A stretch of 64,000 nucleotides of DNA from Cystobasidiomycetes sp. EMM_F5 (taxonomy: Eukaryota), in the NCBI GenBank assembly GCA_051047955.1, contig JBPGPT010000020.1, positions 1-64,000 on the forward strand, in the 5' to 3' direction. Numbering within the stretch: position 1 is the first letter of the stretch; each line of letters opens with the position of its first letter. Under the pieces are notes generated by a model. That model had not been told where the DNA came from. It made no database searches and worked only from the letters and a program-made list of their open reading frames with translations. Shown here one piece after another: positions 48,118-62,329 of the stretch. A program made the translations under genes and the position numbers.

Positions 48118-51100
48118 ATGTCCGATACTAGCGCCACAGCTGCATACATTGCAGCGGAAGGCATATCGGATCCTACAGCTTTCTGCGACACCTCTAGCAA
48201 TGCTCTGAGGCACATTCGAGACAAGTGTCATTCTCCTCCAGTATCATTATCGTACAAGACGCGTCCTTCGAGAGAGGCGAGCATGTCCGGTATCGATAAT
48301 CCCGAAAATGCAATACTCAGAGCCAAAGTCTCGCCGCCGTCTGGCTCTGATACGAGAAAGTGTGACGATCCGTTCTCGAGCTCAGCCCTTGACGAGACAT
48401 CTCTGATAGAGCGTAAGCATGACATTGATTGACTAGCCTGGTGTAGTTGGGCTTTGCTCTGACGCTGTACCGGTATAACACGACTGGTACAAACAGCCAA
48501 TGCAAAGCCACTGATGCAGTGGGAAGGTCAAGATGAATTGCTCCTCACTCGTGAAGTCGTTAAAGACACGCCTGTCATCGGCCGTATAGCACCAGCTGAA
48601 TCTTTCCGTGGGAATGTCGGAGTCATGTCATTCAAGCTTTGCTCGAATCCCCGAGATGTACGCACTGACGAGCACGAAGAACTCGAGTATGAGAAACGTC
48701 TAAGCGAAGTGAAAGACGTCGACGCATGTCTCAACTTGTCTTTAACGGCATCGGTATGTGCAAGTTCCTACGTATCTTAAACTAATTAGTGATCCTGACC
48801 GCTGCATAGCGCACAACTGTCGCTGCAGGGCAACACATAATGCGCATGCTAGCGTCTTCAGCTGCTAGCGGGCCGAACGATGCGCATCTCTGCGAAGACG
48901 CCCCAAAGGTAATATTCACCGTATTGCCTTGGCTACATTTCCCTAGCACTGACTCGGGATGTAGCTTCCACGCAGCTTCACTCCTCCCCTTCTGCCACGT
49001 CTTTCGAGGACTACCCCTGATGAGGCTGAGACACAAGAAGACACGCAAGCTGAAATACGACGTGTCGTACAGGCACACATTGAAATTCCAGAATTGAGCT
49101 ATTCCTCGTCTCCGATGCAGCATCTCGTTCGAATGGACAAAAGAAGTGGGTTTATGTCGTTCTCACTTTGTAGTAATCGTGTCGCTCAAGCTGTCTATAA
49201 CGAAGATGGGCGGGACATTTCCATAAGTCCTCCGACACCAATGCCTTATGAGCCAAGTCCTATATCATTGATTGAGCCGGCGAGCTCGCCATGCAGCAAG
49301 AAGCGTCCTTTCGATTACGGTCAGTGCATAGTTGAGGGACAAAGCGAATCTCGGAGTCTGACTTGTAGCATGGCGTTACCAGAATTGGATGTACCTCTTA
49401 TGACAAGGGAAAGAACTTCTCGCGAATCATTCAACATCAGCAACATGCTGAAGGCATCATTGTATACTGCAAAGGTGGAAGACGGCGACGTGTATGCCTT
49501 GTTGCCAGCACTGCGTGTCAACTGCTGACAATCTATGGCAGATTCGCGGATGATCAGGCCAGCGACCGGAAACGCGCTCGCCTTTTGTCCCCATCCAGAT
49601 CTCCTGACATGATGGACATGGTCAAAGACATGAAAGGGCCGCCAGATTCGCTGAATTTGTTACCGTTTGGCGAACGCCCAGATGGAGATCCGATGCACAA
49701 ATTCAGACTAGATTGTACGTTGTGCCCCCTAATGAACCAGAATCAGCTAAGACTATAGCCTCAACCCGCAGTACCCGTCGTGGAATCAGTTCCGTTGGAT
49801 TTCGCTGAGAAGAGTGATTATGGCGTGAATGACTTATTGCGCCGCGTACCCACAGTACAAATGGCAAGTCATAACATTGAAATGTACGGAAACAGGCATA
49901 TGCGACGGCCAGCGACTACTTCTGAAGCAACGTCAATGTATTCACTGATGCTTTTCTCCGAATGCAGGCCCAGTCTGAGTGATGTTTTGGCGAAAGCGGT
50001 CAATCAAGACGAAGCTATAATCCAGGAGATACCTGACTGCGTCGGAGTCACTCCGGAACGTATAATGATGCATATGCAGCACGCTGAAGATTCGGACGAG
50101 GAAGACGAACTGCTATCATCGCAAGAAAGTCGATGCGATCCCCTCGCCCCAGCTAGCGATTGTCCTACCATCCTGTTGGTTGCTCGCGACACTGCCTACA
50201 CCGCCGATGCTGCCGTGAAGCTACCAACATATCAGGCCGATGGTGCCGACAATGCCTTTGGAACGCTAAGCGATCTCGGCCTCGGCCTCAACAGACCGAA
50301 AGACCCGTACTCGATTCATGCTAACACTACGATCCCGGATACAACACCGCCCAGTCGTTTGTCACAAACAGATTCTGAGCTTATGCGTCAATACCTGAAT
50401 TTTTCACAGTCTAATCCGTCTCTCAGTCGCCAGGCATCAACTCTGCAAATCTCCTCAACCGCAGGAACCGTGGTCGAAGAAGTCCACGAACATGACACAG
50501 CGACTGGAGATGAGGCGACACGCGAGCCGGATGATCGCTGCGATATCCGCCAGCAAATGTGTCAAACTGGCCATCGCGACAGTCTCGTCAGCGTAGCCGA
50601 CAATACGCCGGCCATACGCATCGCTCCAGACGCATCGCTGACGCCGAGCCTGACTAATGTTCTCGGACAGGACCTGCCTAGTTACAATCCGACGACCACA
50701 ATACGATCCGCATGCGACAACATCGCCTCGCCGCTATCCGGCCGTAAGGAACAAGCTACACGCGCTCGATCTACGGGAGACAGATCCTCCATACGGATTG
50801 AACGCGGATACACAGAGATTGGCTTGCCTTCCCAAATCGCGGCGCCAACGAGACAATTGATTTCACACAAGGAACCCACGTCTGAGCCAGTACCGACTGA
50901 TCTAGAGAGTCTGACTTACTTGGCAATTCAGCGGAAATTCCGATCGAATCCATCCACGTCGAAAACGTCCGATACCAGGCTGTTGACACCATCGAAGCAA
51001 TTCAGTGGGCTACACGGTTATCTCGGCCTAAGAATCTCTGAAGATAAGATCTGCAAACGCCCGATGCCCAAAATGGCACCCAAGTCTCCGCGTGACAGTC

Positions 51101-52206
51101 TAGCTGAGGAGAGGGCTCAACGTCGTCTGCAAATCCAGCAAGCTGGTTCGGACGGTGGTGTAAAAGACCTTCACATCACGTCGGCGTCGTTAGATGCGCC
51201 AGCACTACCGAAAGATCTGGCACAATTGAATCGCTTCGGCTCGCAGCGACTACTCCAAAATCACGCTGTTAGCGGGGCTTTGGAACGGATGAATATCGAA
51301 ATCGAATATAAGGAAGCGAGGAAACAGCAATATGGGAAACGAAGATCGACAAAATCGGGACAAGGTCACCAAAGACAGTACCTCGACGCCGACTTGATTC
51401 TAGCAGCCAACGCCTGCGCCATCTTCTATGATCAAAATTTGATCTATAGGGTGACGTCGGTGCTGGCTGACGACGGCATTTCCGTGGTACAGATTCCACA
51501 TTGGAAGCTTATCGTAAACACGCTACACCGCCTCTATGAAGCATTCGACAAAATATGCATTATTTTTGAGACGAACACGGTGTCGGCTATGCAAGCGGGA
51601 AATGTGTCGCTGCCAGCTATGAAGAAAGCGTTGGAGCGATTGACGACTGAAATAGCTACCTTCCGCAAGCGACAACGTGAGCAGAACAAAAGGATGCTGG
51701 ATGTCGAGATACTTCATGCAGGAAATGCACAGGATGCTGCTGCCTTAGCTCGAGAACGGATCGATCAGATACAAGGATCAGACCCATCTTTAGGGCAACT
51801 ACCTTGTGTGAGTCAGACGTTGATCTTGTCTTAATTTGCGCAGCGATTCACTCAACATGACCATCTTAGGACTTCGACGATATCGAACAGTTGCATCTAA
51901 ACGACCTGAGTGTTCACAACATTCTGATGAAAGCAGGCTCAATGCAGACTTTCTTCAATATGACGCCGCAAGAGAGGTCCAGAGACTTCGCAGACCTCTT
52001 AGGCAGCCAGCGTCTGGTGAGTGTGGTAATCCCGGAGGAAATTCCTGTGTTCTTACAGTTGTCATGCATGTCAGAGCCATATCATCAATTGGCTCCAAGA
52101 AAATTCGCACATGCACACCAGTGCAAGAGCAAACGAGACACCGCTGGCCGAACACGACCCGGGCTACCCCACGGACGATTACGACATGATGATTGAGCAG
52201 AGGTGA
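48118..52206 (+). CDS. Probable SHOC1/Zip2-like meiotic crossover protein (degenerate XPF/ERCC4-like plus HhH2-like C-terminus)
   Basis: Long disordered region, then DADLILAANACAIFY...YEAFDKICIIFE and LNDLSVHNILMKAGSMQTFFNMTPQERSRDFADLLG. This resembles the C-terminal architecture of SHOC1/Zip2. The ends are approximate. Confidence 0.55.
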
Positions 52207-52387
52207 CAAAGGAAACGGCCAGTCCGATGTTCCAGCAGCTATCGAAAGTGTATTTGTATAGCAAGCCGTCAGAATTTGTAGACCATGCTGTAGTACAGCG
52301 AATGATTGTTGAGTACATAGTCTATCATCGGAATTACACTCTGAACCAGCAGAAAGGCTACACCTCATGACCAAAGGGCTCATCAAT

Positions 52388-53487
52388 TTAGAAATCGCCC
52401 CAAAGACTGCTTCGCCTGCGGAATTTGTAGGGGACATTTGCTCTTAATCTGTCGACCTTGTCTTTGGGCTTCTTGAAACCCTCTCCGTTATCGCCCCACC
52501 CTCCCCGCGTTTCCGCCTCCTTCTTTAGCTCATTCAGCCGTTCTGTTTGCTGTCTAGCTGCTTGAGCACGAGCTTGTCGTGCAGCTTCTTCCGATTCGCC
52601 AGCGCTGAAGACCTGCTGCCCCTGCTGCCGAGCAGCCATTCTAGCCTCTATTTCGTCATGATCCGGTTGCTCTGTTTGGTCATCGAGAGGTCGATTCGGA
52701 TCTGTGGGTGGCAGCCCTTGCGCTTTGCGAGCCCGATCTTCTTCCTCTCGTTCAATATCTTCATGATGAGCAAAATGTGCAATATCCTCGGGATGCGTGT
52801 AGGCTTCCTCCTGCTGCGTTTCTGGCGTATTGTGATACAGCTCCTCGTGATGCTGCGGTACAGTACAATGTAAGAACAGACTTTGACGCGGCATCATGTG
52901 GCACCCACTAGGAAATATTCGCCTTCGCTATCGTAGTGATGTCCAAGACCTTCATGATGGCTGAATTCGGGCAAACCCTTCGGCCCGGCTGCAACGAATT
53001 CCGTCTTTGTGACGACACCATCGCCATTCTGATCCAACACCGACAGCACCTTGTTCAGGATCTCGTCTGTTTTTCGCTTGTGCTCCTCATCATTAACGCT
53101 CTTTTCGCGAGACGTTTCGTGATGCAGGCCATAGATGGCCTCGAGCTCAGAGCGATCCAGTATGTTATCTCGGTTCAGATCATGCAGCTTGAAAAAGGAC
53201 TCTGAATAGCAGTTATAAGTCAGTCGCCGTGGCTTTATGTCCGTCTAATGACAATTCACCCATATCGAACCTGTGTATGCTCCGTCAGTCCGGACAAAGT
53301 GCAACGAGTTCCAAGGCAAGACTCACGCGTCCAAGTGGTGTTCCGTCCTCATGTGGAACGCAGCATACGTCTCATCGCCGTCGTTGCTCGCTTGCTGGTC
53401 GTGCGAGCCGCCATGACACCGAACTTGCCCAGCTAACACGATGAGCTGGATAGCGAAAATGGGCAGTGACCGCAGGCTTGTTCGCAT
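52388..53487 (-). CDS. SSP120: Secretory-pathway EF-hand protein (Ssp120/nucleobindin-like)
   Basis: Signal peptide, HMRTEHHLD, FFKLHDLNRDNILDRSELEAIYGLHH, EELYHNTPETQ, YTHPEDIAHFAHHE and C-terminal NVPYKFR. Confidence 0.8.
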
Positions 53488-53747
53488 GTTTGAGCTGAGA
53501 TGGTGACCTTTGTGGTGGTCGAGTGGGTAACAGTTGCAGGGTGGTAGACTCGAAGTGTCAGCAACAGAATACGCGCTTGGACCTTCCCCTAAAACAGGCA
53601 AGTGGCGTGCAGAGAAAAGCACAAACGGCAAGACGGCCAATACAAGGCAGATGAATGATGAAGACATGCTGTGATGTGTTACTAACATTCATGGTTCTCG
53701 TCACAGGTCAGCGAACCGAGTAGAGGCCGTTCCATATCCTGAAACTC

Positions 53748-56718
53748 TTAATCTCCACCTCCGCCCAAGCCACGTAAAGCTTCCTCAATTCGCCGCTGAC
53801 CTTCTTCAATGGAATCCAATCTCTCTCGCAGTAAATGCTGCTCCTCCTCAAGTGACTTCCAATTGTCCATGCGAGCCGGCGCGTACAGCTTGGACAGAAT
53901 GGCAGGTCTTGCGCGAATGGTAGACTGTCCAGACTCCGACATGCTCATCGCACGCCGTCGCCGTTCCTTGTCTTTATCGCTGTGACTTGTATTACCTGGT
54001 GCCGGCGAACGAGAGCGACCTGTATCAGGTGTCATTGCACCGTCAGACACCGCAAAGGCGCCGCCGGGCAGAGCATCGTCGTCTAGCTCATCTTCCAACT
54101 CGAATACAGCTTCAAGATTCGTTCGAGACCCGCCGAGAAAGCTGAAATTATCCTTGACGGATTTGATCCAGCTTGAGCGGCTTGTACTATCTACCAGTAG
54201 CCAGTACCGTTCAATGACGTGGATTACCAGCAAAAGTGGCAGATTGGAAATTCGTGCAAATAGAACAATGACTTTATGATAGTTGTGTGCGTCTATGAAG
54301 TGCCGCAGCGGCCAGAGTATGGTCAGAGCAGCGATGTTTATGGGCGGTTGAAAGCTGAAAATGCCTGTAGTTGGATATATTCCATGCGTGTCAGCTTGCT
54401 TCCTGTCTCACTAGCTGCACGGAGACTGACCGTCCGACTTAACATCTTGAAAGGTCTGTGCACAGTAGTTGCATCAGCCTTGTCGCACAAGCCTGAGAGA
54501 GTACGCACGGTTACTGCTCTCCTATACATTTGCTCAGCGAGAGCATCCTCGTTCAGTATGTTGAATGTATTCGACAGGATCGCTACAAGGATAGTGATGA
54601 TCAAGGTATTTGAAAGGCATGCATATATCACCATCAAGACGGGTCCCAGGGTGTTGTGCAGGTGGTTGGCCCGCTGAAGCCCTGTGGAATCTAGTCCAAA
54701 CCAGATCCAGATCATCCATTGTAAAATCTCGCCTGGTCTGTATTTGCCGCCTCCGAGCGTGACAAAGGCTACGAGGAAGCCTGCGAAACACCAAATTGCC
54801 AAGAACATGAGCCGGGAGAATTGTGCGAGCATTGATCGTAACGATAGAACCAGAAGATTGTCGCTAAGGGTGACGAATGCGAAGCTGGACTCGGAGAGTG
54901 AGCCACGTTCATGCATCCATCGATTTAGGCCTACCGAGGGAAGAGTACGCAGCCAGCACAAGCTGAACCCGGAGACTGTCAGCGTCTGGAAAAACGCTTG
55001 ACAAGCGTGCTTACTCAGTATACTCAGCGCTTCTGTTGCGGAGGCCTCGTGGTCTATTTGCAAGCCTACGACTCGCAAGGGCAAGTAGAGCACGAACATA
55101 AAGATGAATACGAAATCCAATCCATTCCTGGAATCATTTGAGTCAGACCAGTATTTTGCGATGGAAGCCATGGCGACGAACCATAAATTAGATGAAAAGA
55201 CTGTCCATCCGACTTCCATCAGAGACGCGACTACAAGTGGTCGCGCTTAGTGTGGGCAAGGCAAGCATGGCTCAGGAACCCTTACTCACATTTGTCCAGG
55301 GCAAAGCCGAAGGCGTATATAACCCAAAAGATTTCGTAACCATTCATTGCATGTTTCTTCATCGTCCGTATCACGGTGAGATAGCTCGCAAACAAAATCG
55401 CAAAGTGGAGCCACTCCAGTGCAGCTCGTATTCTCGGCACTCGCAAGCGATAATGATCAAGCAAGGGCGCATTCTTCCAGTCGTACTTCATTATTGGCCG
55501 TTTCTTGTATTGGTCTTTTATCAAATAGCGCAGAGACGAAGAAGAGTATACGATCCGACCGAGCCAAATGTCCGTAATCACACGTTGTGTAGGCACAGCT
55601 CGGATGAAACGCTTGGCTTCCGACACAATGGCCAGCTCCAACGCGGAAGTCGATATTTTCCGATTACCTTGACCCTGCAGTCGAGAGGTTGTGTCACACT
55701 CAGAATCGACACCTTCTGGGATAGCCCATTTGGGTGCGCCTTGGAAGGGGGAAAAGACTGTCGCTAAGAGAATCGCCAGCCGGAAGACACCGTCCTCTGA
55801 TTGGTCTTCCTCGTACAGCTGTCGCACCAGTTTGACTGCGAGCAGTTCGCACACCATAGCGCGCGTATTGTTTACTGACAGCGATGACAGGGTATCTTGC
55901 TGCGTCTTGAAATAGACGCGATTCAGGAGAAGGGCGTAGACTAGGTTTATGAAACATCAGATGTGCTTGTTCGGATATCCCGTGGATGTCGAAAAGTGTA
56001 ACTTACTCGTACAAGGTGAGCTGACTTTCTGATAAGCGTTCTGCAGCGGCTGAATCACGCTGAAGACCAATTTTGGCGAGTTGAGCTGTTCCCACGTGAG
56101 TGCAGTCTCGATACATTTCTGCCAAAAGCCGTATTAGCTTGATTAAGATCTGCAAAAGTCACCATTCGACTAGCCTTGATGTCCCTTCGTACTGTGAATG
56201 ATGCCATGATCAGCGGTACTCCCGCTCTATCGAAAGCTCAATTCACTTCTATGGATAATGCCAAAACAGGGCGTTGATCCCACGTCCTTCGTCAAGAAGG
56301 TTGTCGTGCTCATTCGTTCTCTCAGGAGCGGTCGCTCAAGTCCAGGATCTTTGCGGCCACTGCGCGGTCCGCCAGTCGGAGCGGGGGAGCTTGGCCTGCT
56401 GCGATTGGTTTCATCGTCCGATTTGGAGAAGTCAGGTAATGAGAGCGGTAGACTCCAGCGAAGGCTTGTCCGCCGGGATGTATCAGAATGGTATGGTGGC
56501 CTTTGTCCCTCGCCGCCACTGTGTGGTCGCAAAGTGCCATAACGAGAACCAGCTGCAGATGCGTCTCGTGAACGTCCTGACGCGCTGTTGAAGGAAGTAT
56601 CTCCATTGTGCCCGAGATACCTAGCATCTGAGAGTGGAGCAGTTGTACCACCAAATGATGTATCCGCGAAGGAGACCTCAGCGCTGTGATTGCCAACGCC
56701 GGGAGTGGATGCAACCAT
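53748..56718 (-). CDS. Fungal TRP-like cation channel (YVC1-related)
   Basis: IDTALTWEQL, VCELLAVKLV, SALELAIVSEAKRFI, RLRVPRIR, several TM helices, pore region WIWFGLD and YACLSNTLIITILVAILSNTF. Confidence 0.8.
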
Positions 56719-57160
56719 CCTTGAGCTGCGAATCTGATATCAGGAGTCTTGCTGCCGCTATCAGTCACAGAGTGCCGCAAGCTTTGTCGGCCAGTTTGCT
56801 GAACAGCTTGTATCCGTGTAAAGTGCTTCTAAACACAATGCTACACAAGCAGTGTCAATTCGTTCTTGAAACGCAGCAATGGCTTTGTCATGATCTTGGT
56901 TGCATTGTGTAACAGAGCGCAACCAACTGACGCGACAACAACATTGGCAAGTACAGTACTGTGCCTGGATCTCCAGAAAGCTTGATTGACGAAATCATTG
57001 ACCGTGTCAAAGCTGCCATACCCTTTACCGACTTCTTCTGCACTACCTTCCCTTATCACACCTTCCCATCTTGACTGCTGAACGAAATGCACGGAACCCA
57101 GCGACTCAGTTCATGTCCCCACTGAAATTGCCTCTAATCGTTACGAAAGGTCATTGGCCG

Positions 57161-58062
57161 CTATGATGCTGCTCCAGCGCGCGCCTCAGGACGCATAATC
57201 GTCGTCTTGTGTATTGATTGGATAAGAGCCTTGTGAAAGGCTGAAAAACACGATGCGGGTCGAGCAGCTTTAATCTCAACGGGAGCAAATGCAAAACGCG
57301 AATCAGCTCACCAGAGGTTCTGGCTTTGGCAGCATCGAGATGCTTTGTCCCCTTGATGTTGCGCTGCTGATCAAACTTGTCGGATCTTTCCTGTAATGTC
57401 TGTCGATAGCGCTGGTGATGACAAGGAGGAATCAGAAGCTCTCAATGTTAGACACACTGATTCTCGTGGCAGAGTAGCTCACTTCGATTTTGGCGTAGTT
57501 GTCATTCAGCTGTTGTATGATCTCCAGCCGCTCCTGCTTGTCAGCCAAGTCTGCCTTGTAGTACGCTTCGTAGGTAGCCCGACTGCGAGAAAGGAGGTTG
57601 ATATTCAGAGAAACTCTCGCACACTCTGCCAAAAGTATGGCTGACATCTCTGTCTCTTGCTTATTCAATGCCTGCTCCACCTTTGATTGGTAGTCTAGCG
57701 CGACCTGCTTGACTTCTGCGAGGAGTTGGTCCGACTTTTTCTGAACCTTCTTGCTGTGCTCATCAGTAAACATCATGCACACGGCAACGAGATTCATGGC
57801 GGTCGAGCTGAAGTGAGTACACCAAGCGGAGAAGGGGGATTTGAAAGAGACAGGTTTACGAAAGCGGGCAGCTTTAGTCAGCACGATGTAATCACACTGA
57901 GGTCTAGGAATGGTCAGCTTGCTCGTCGTCGCTGTCATTGTTTGCGGTCGTGCTCTGGGTGTTGTTGACGGGGGCAGCAGCCGGAGCTGGAGCTGGAGCT
58001 GCATAGTGCGCCCCGCCAGCTGCAGCTGCTGCAGCTCCGCCTCGTCGTCTGACTGGTGCCAT
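57161..58062 (-). CDS. About 190-aa coiled-coil protein, 5 exons (first intron GC-AG, 57808-57922)
   Basis: MAPVRRRGG...NDSDD|DSTAMNLV...KQETE|IRATYEAYY...KIE|RYRQTLQER...RTS|AFHKALIQSIHK...AGAAS. All junctions are in frame. Confidence 0.7.
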
Positions 58063-58172
58063 AGTGACTATCCAGCCTGCTGGATATTAACAATTTGCTG
58101 GTGTCTCGACAAGTCTGCAGAGCAATACGCGCGCGTAAACAGGTCAATTTCGAACCAAAACTAGCAGCCAAC

Positions 58173-60102
<1,930 letters not shown>

Positions 60103-60331
60103 TTGTTAAAGCCGTAGCGGGCGTACACGCGCAAAAGCCATATGTTGTAAGAAGTTCCAAGCGTGATACAACAAGCAATATAGGAAGTTCACGATCCTGA
60201 ACAAACCGAGCACGTCCACTGTCGTTAGATGCTTTCGTTGAGACTTATTCGCGCCGATTTGTAAACCCCCACTCAGGGCGATGGTTTCTGAAGCCTTGGA
60301 CGAGGCTAAGCGGGCGCCAACGCGATTTTCT

Positions 60332-60585
60332 TCAGAGGAACAGCAATCTCGCCAACTCGAAGAAGACTGATGATGGAACAGTGTCAGGTCTTCGGATTGG
60401 GCGCTGGCACGTCGACACAACCCACTTCCGCCCATGACCACGAAGACCAACGCGAAGAGCGCGTATCGCGAAACCTTTCCACTCGTCTTCTTTGGGACAG
60501 CTTTGCCTTTTGGAGCCCTGTTATTGATGGCTCGCTGTTGGAAGGAGGCCACACGGCGACGTGTATCGAGTGTCGACTGGTGCAT
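60332..60585 (-). CDS. YSY6: RAMP4/SERP1 (Ysy6) tail-anchored ER protein, 2 exons
   Basis: Spliced MHQSTLDTRRRVASFQQRAINNRAPKGKAVPKKTSGKVSRYALFALVFVVMGGIFFELARLLFL. Confidence 0.8.
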
Positions 60586-60974
60586 CGTCAAATTCCCAAA
60601 CCAGGGTCAGCTGTTGACCATTCGCTGAGATTTACTAACGATTGCTGAAGTGCAGCGTACCATGACTGTGTGGACTGATTACTGACGGCAGACTGATCAG
60701 GAAGGAGTCGTTGCAAATGAGAAGGGCCGACCTGTCATGTTGCCCCCAGGAATCTAGCCCCGACATGCATCTGGCTGCTGAACGTAGCGGATGGCTGCAT
60801 ACATTACACATGGTTCAGACATCGCTCTTACGTCTCAAGAACGCGTCCAAATACGCATCGGAGGCAACGCGGCACGATTTGGGTCGACAGTTCAGACAGT
60901 GCGGCCAAGCGATCCCTGCCTCTCTTCGTCTTTCCGAAGTTGCTGTACACTCAAATCACAAGTCTTGTTACAGC

Positions 60975-61415
60975 ATGACCCCACTTCTCTTCCTGTTTCT
61001 GATCGTTAATGCATGGCTTGCGGTTGGGCAGGCTACGGAGTCATCATCGGCAAGCAGTGCTGCGGCAACCACTGGCGGAGTCGATACTCAGGGCGGAGGG
61101 ACAACAACAACGACTGATTCAAAGGACGTCCATTTGTGGCCAATCATTATCATGCCTCTCATTGCGGGCTCCGGGGTACTATTCTTTATTGTTCTGGACG
61201 TCGTGTGGAAGATGCGCTTCATGGATGCCAGATCATCTACTGACACAAAAATGAGAAAGATTCTGCGCGTGGTCGAGAAAATCGAGAAGAAGCCGGACGA
61301 GGCAAAATTCCTGCAAAAGCTGCACCTGCGCAAGAAAGGCAAGACAGACGCACCCAATGCTACTGAAAAGACAGACGGACCGCATCCAGAGCAAGCCGCC
61401 AAGAGTACTTCCTGA
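60975..61415 (+). CDS. Small type I membrane protein (signal peptide, S/T-rich ectodomain, one TM, basic tail)
   Basis: MTPLLFLFLIVNAWLAVGQA, then a Ser/Thr stretch, LWPIIIMPLIAGSGVLFFIVL and a Lys-rich tail. Intronless. Confidence 0.65.
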   Translation: MTPLLFLFLIVNAWLAVGQATESSSASSAAATTGGVDTQGGGTTTTTDSKDVHLWPIIIMPLIAGSGVLFFIVLDVVWKMRFMDARSSTDTKMRKILRVVEKIEKKPDEAKFLQKLHLRKKGKTDAPNATEKTDGPHPEQAAKSTS

Positions 61416-61699
61416 ACTGTCACTCCAATTTGACCCCTTTGAAGCATTGTTCGGCTGTAGACCGCGCAACGAACAGCATATAGAAGTGGCAGTGCTCGCT
61501 CGAAATAGGAGATTGCTCAAGGTTTTGGGCAAAAGATTTGTACCCTCTGTTGATCACAAGAACCATCACGAGCCCGAGTGTCCACACTCACTTTGGCGGC
61601 TACTGAATCAGCTCAACCGTGGCATAAAATCTACACCCGGGCCTCAACACACCAGTGACAATTGCTTCCAGTCATTTCGAACATATCCCGTCCTCCGCT

Positions 61700-62029
61700 A
61701 TGAGTTCCTCAGGCTCCGATGTATCGGCTAGCGCGATGGCAACCCCAGCAGCGGCTGCCCCTATGTCCAACGAGAAACCTGCCATCTCTCCCGCTTTCAT
61801 CGCTGGTATCTTCCTAGGATGCACTTTACTACTAGCTGTACTTATCTTCGTCGGTATCCGTCTCTGGCGCTGCTTCGTGTTGGCGAAAGCTAGGAACCGT
61901 GCGCACGAGCAGGAGTTGCAAAAGGAGGCTCAAGATGATGCTGCTCACGCTAAAGGCATGGATTTCATGGATACTAGATCCCTGCAGGACTCCCTAGAGG
62001 AACGAGAAAAGTCGTCTGTGACGGTCTAA
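61700..62029 (+). CDS. Small single-TM (N-out, type III-like) protein
   Basis: S/A/P-rich N-terminus, FIAGIFLGCTLLLAVLIFVGIRLWR and a charged C-terminus. Confidence 0.6.
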   Translation: MSSSGSDVSASAMATPAAAAPMSNEKPAISPAFIAGIFLGCTLLLAVLIFVGIRLWRCFVLAKARNRAHEQELQKEAQDDAAHAKGMDFMDTRSLQDSLEEREKSSVTV

Positions 62030-62329
62030 AGATCTGTTATATTCAAATGCTCGAGAGGCAGGTACTCTCACCCATCAGTCATGCTGGCAAAGATCTTGTG
62101 AGATGCGTTGTTGCAATGCTCTGCCACATATCATTGTCTTCTTGCTAGGCTCGGCTTTCATTTTATGCCATGAGTAGTCCGTTGACGGTAAGGCTAGGCT
62201 CGACGGCAATCTAGAACATTTAGTTTGCGTAACAACAGGATTGAAGTGATTGCTGCGATTGACTAGCATTACTATATGGCTTTGGCGGCTACGTGCGAAG
62301 CATGTGAAGCTCCTGCTGCACGAGCGCAA

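Noticed and set aside
56890..56931. SECIS-like hairpin (ATGA...GA)
   Set aside because: There is no AA at the correct distance from the core, no + strand gene with an in-frame TGA upstream, and Dikarya are not known to use selenocysteine.
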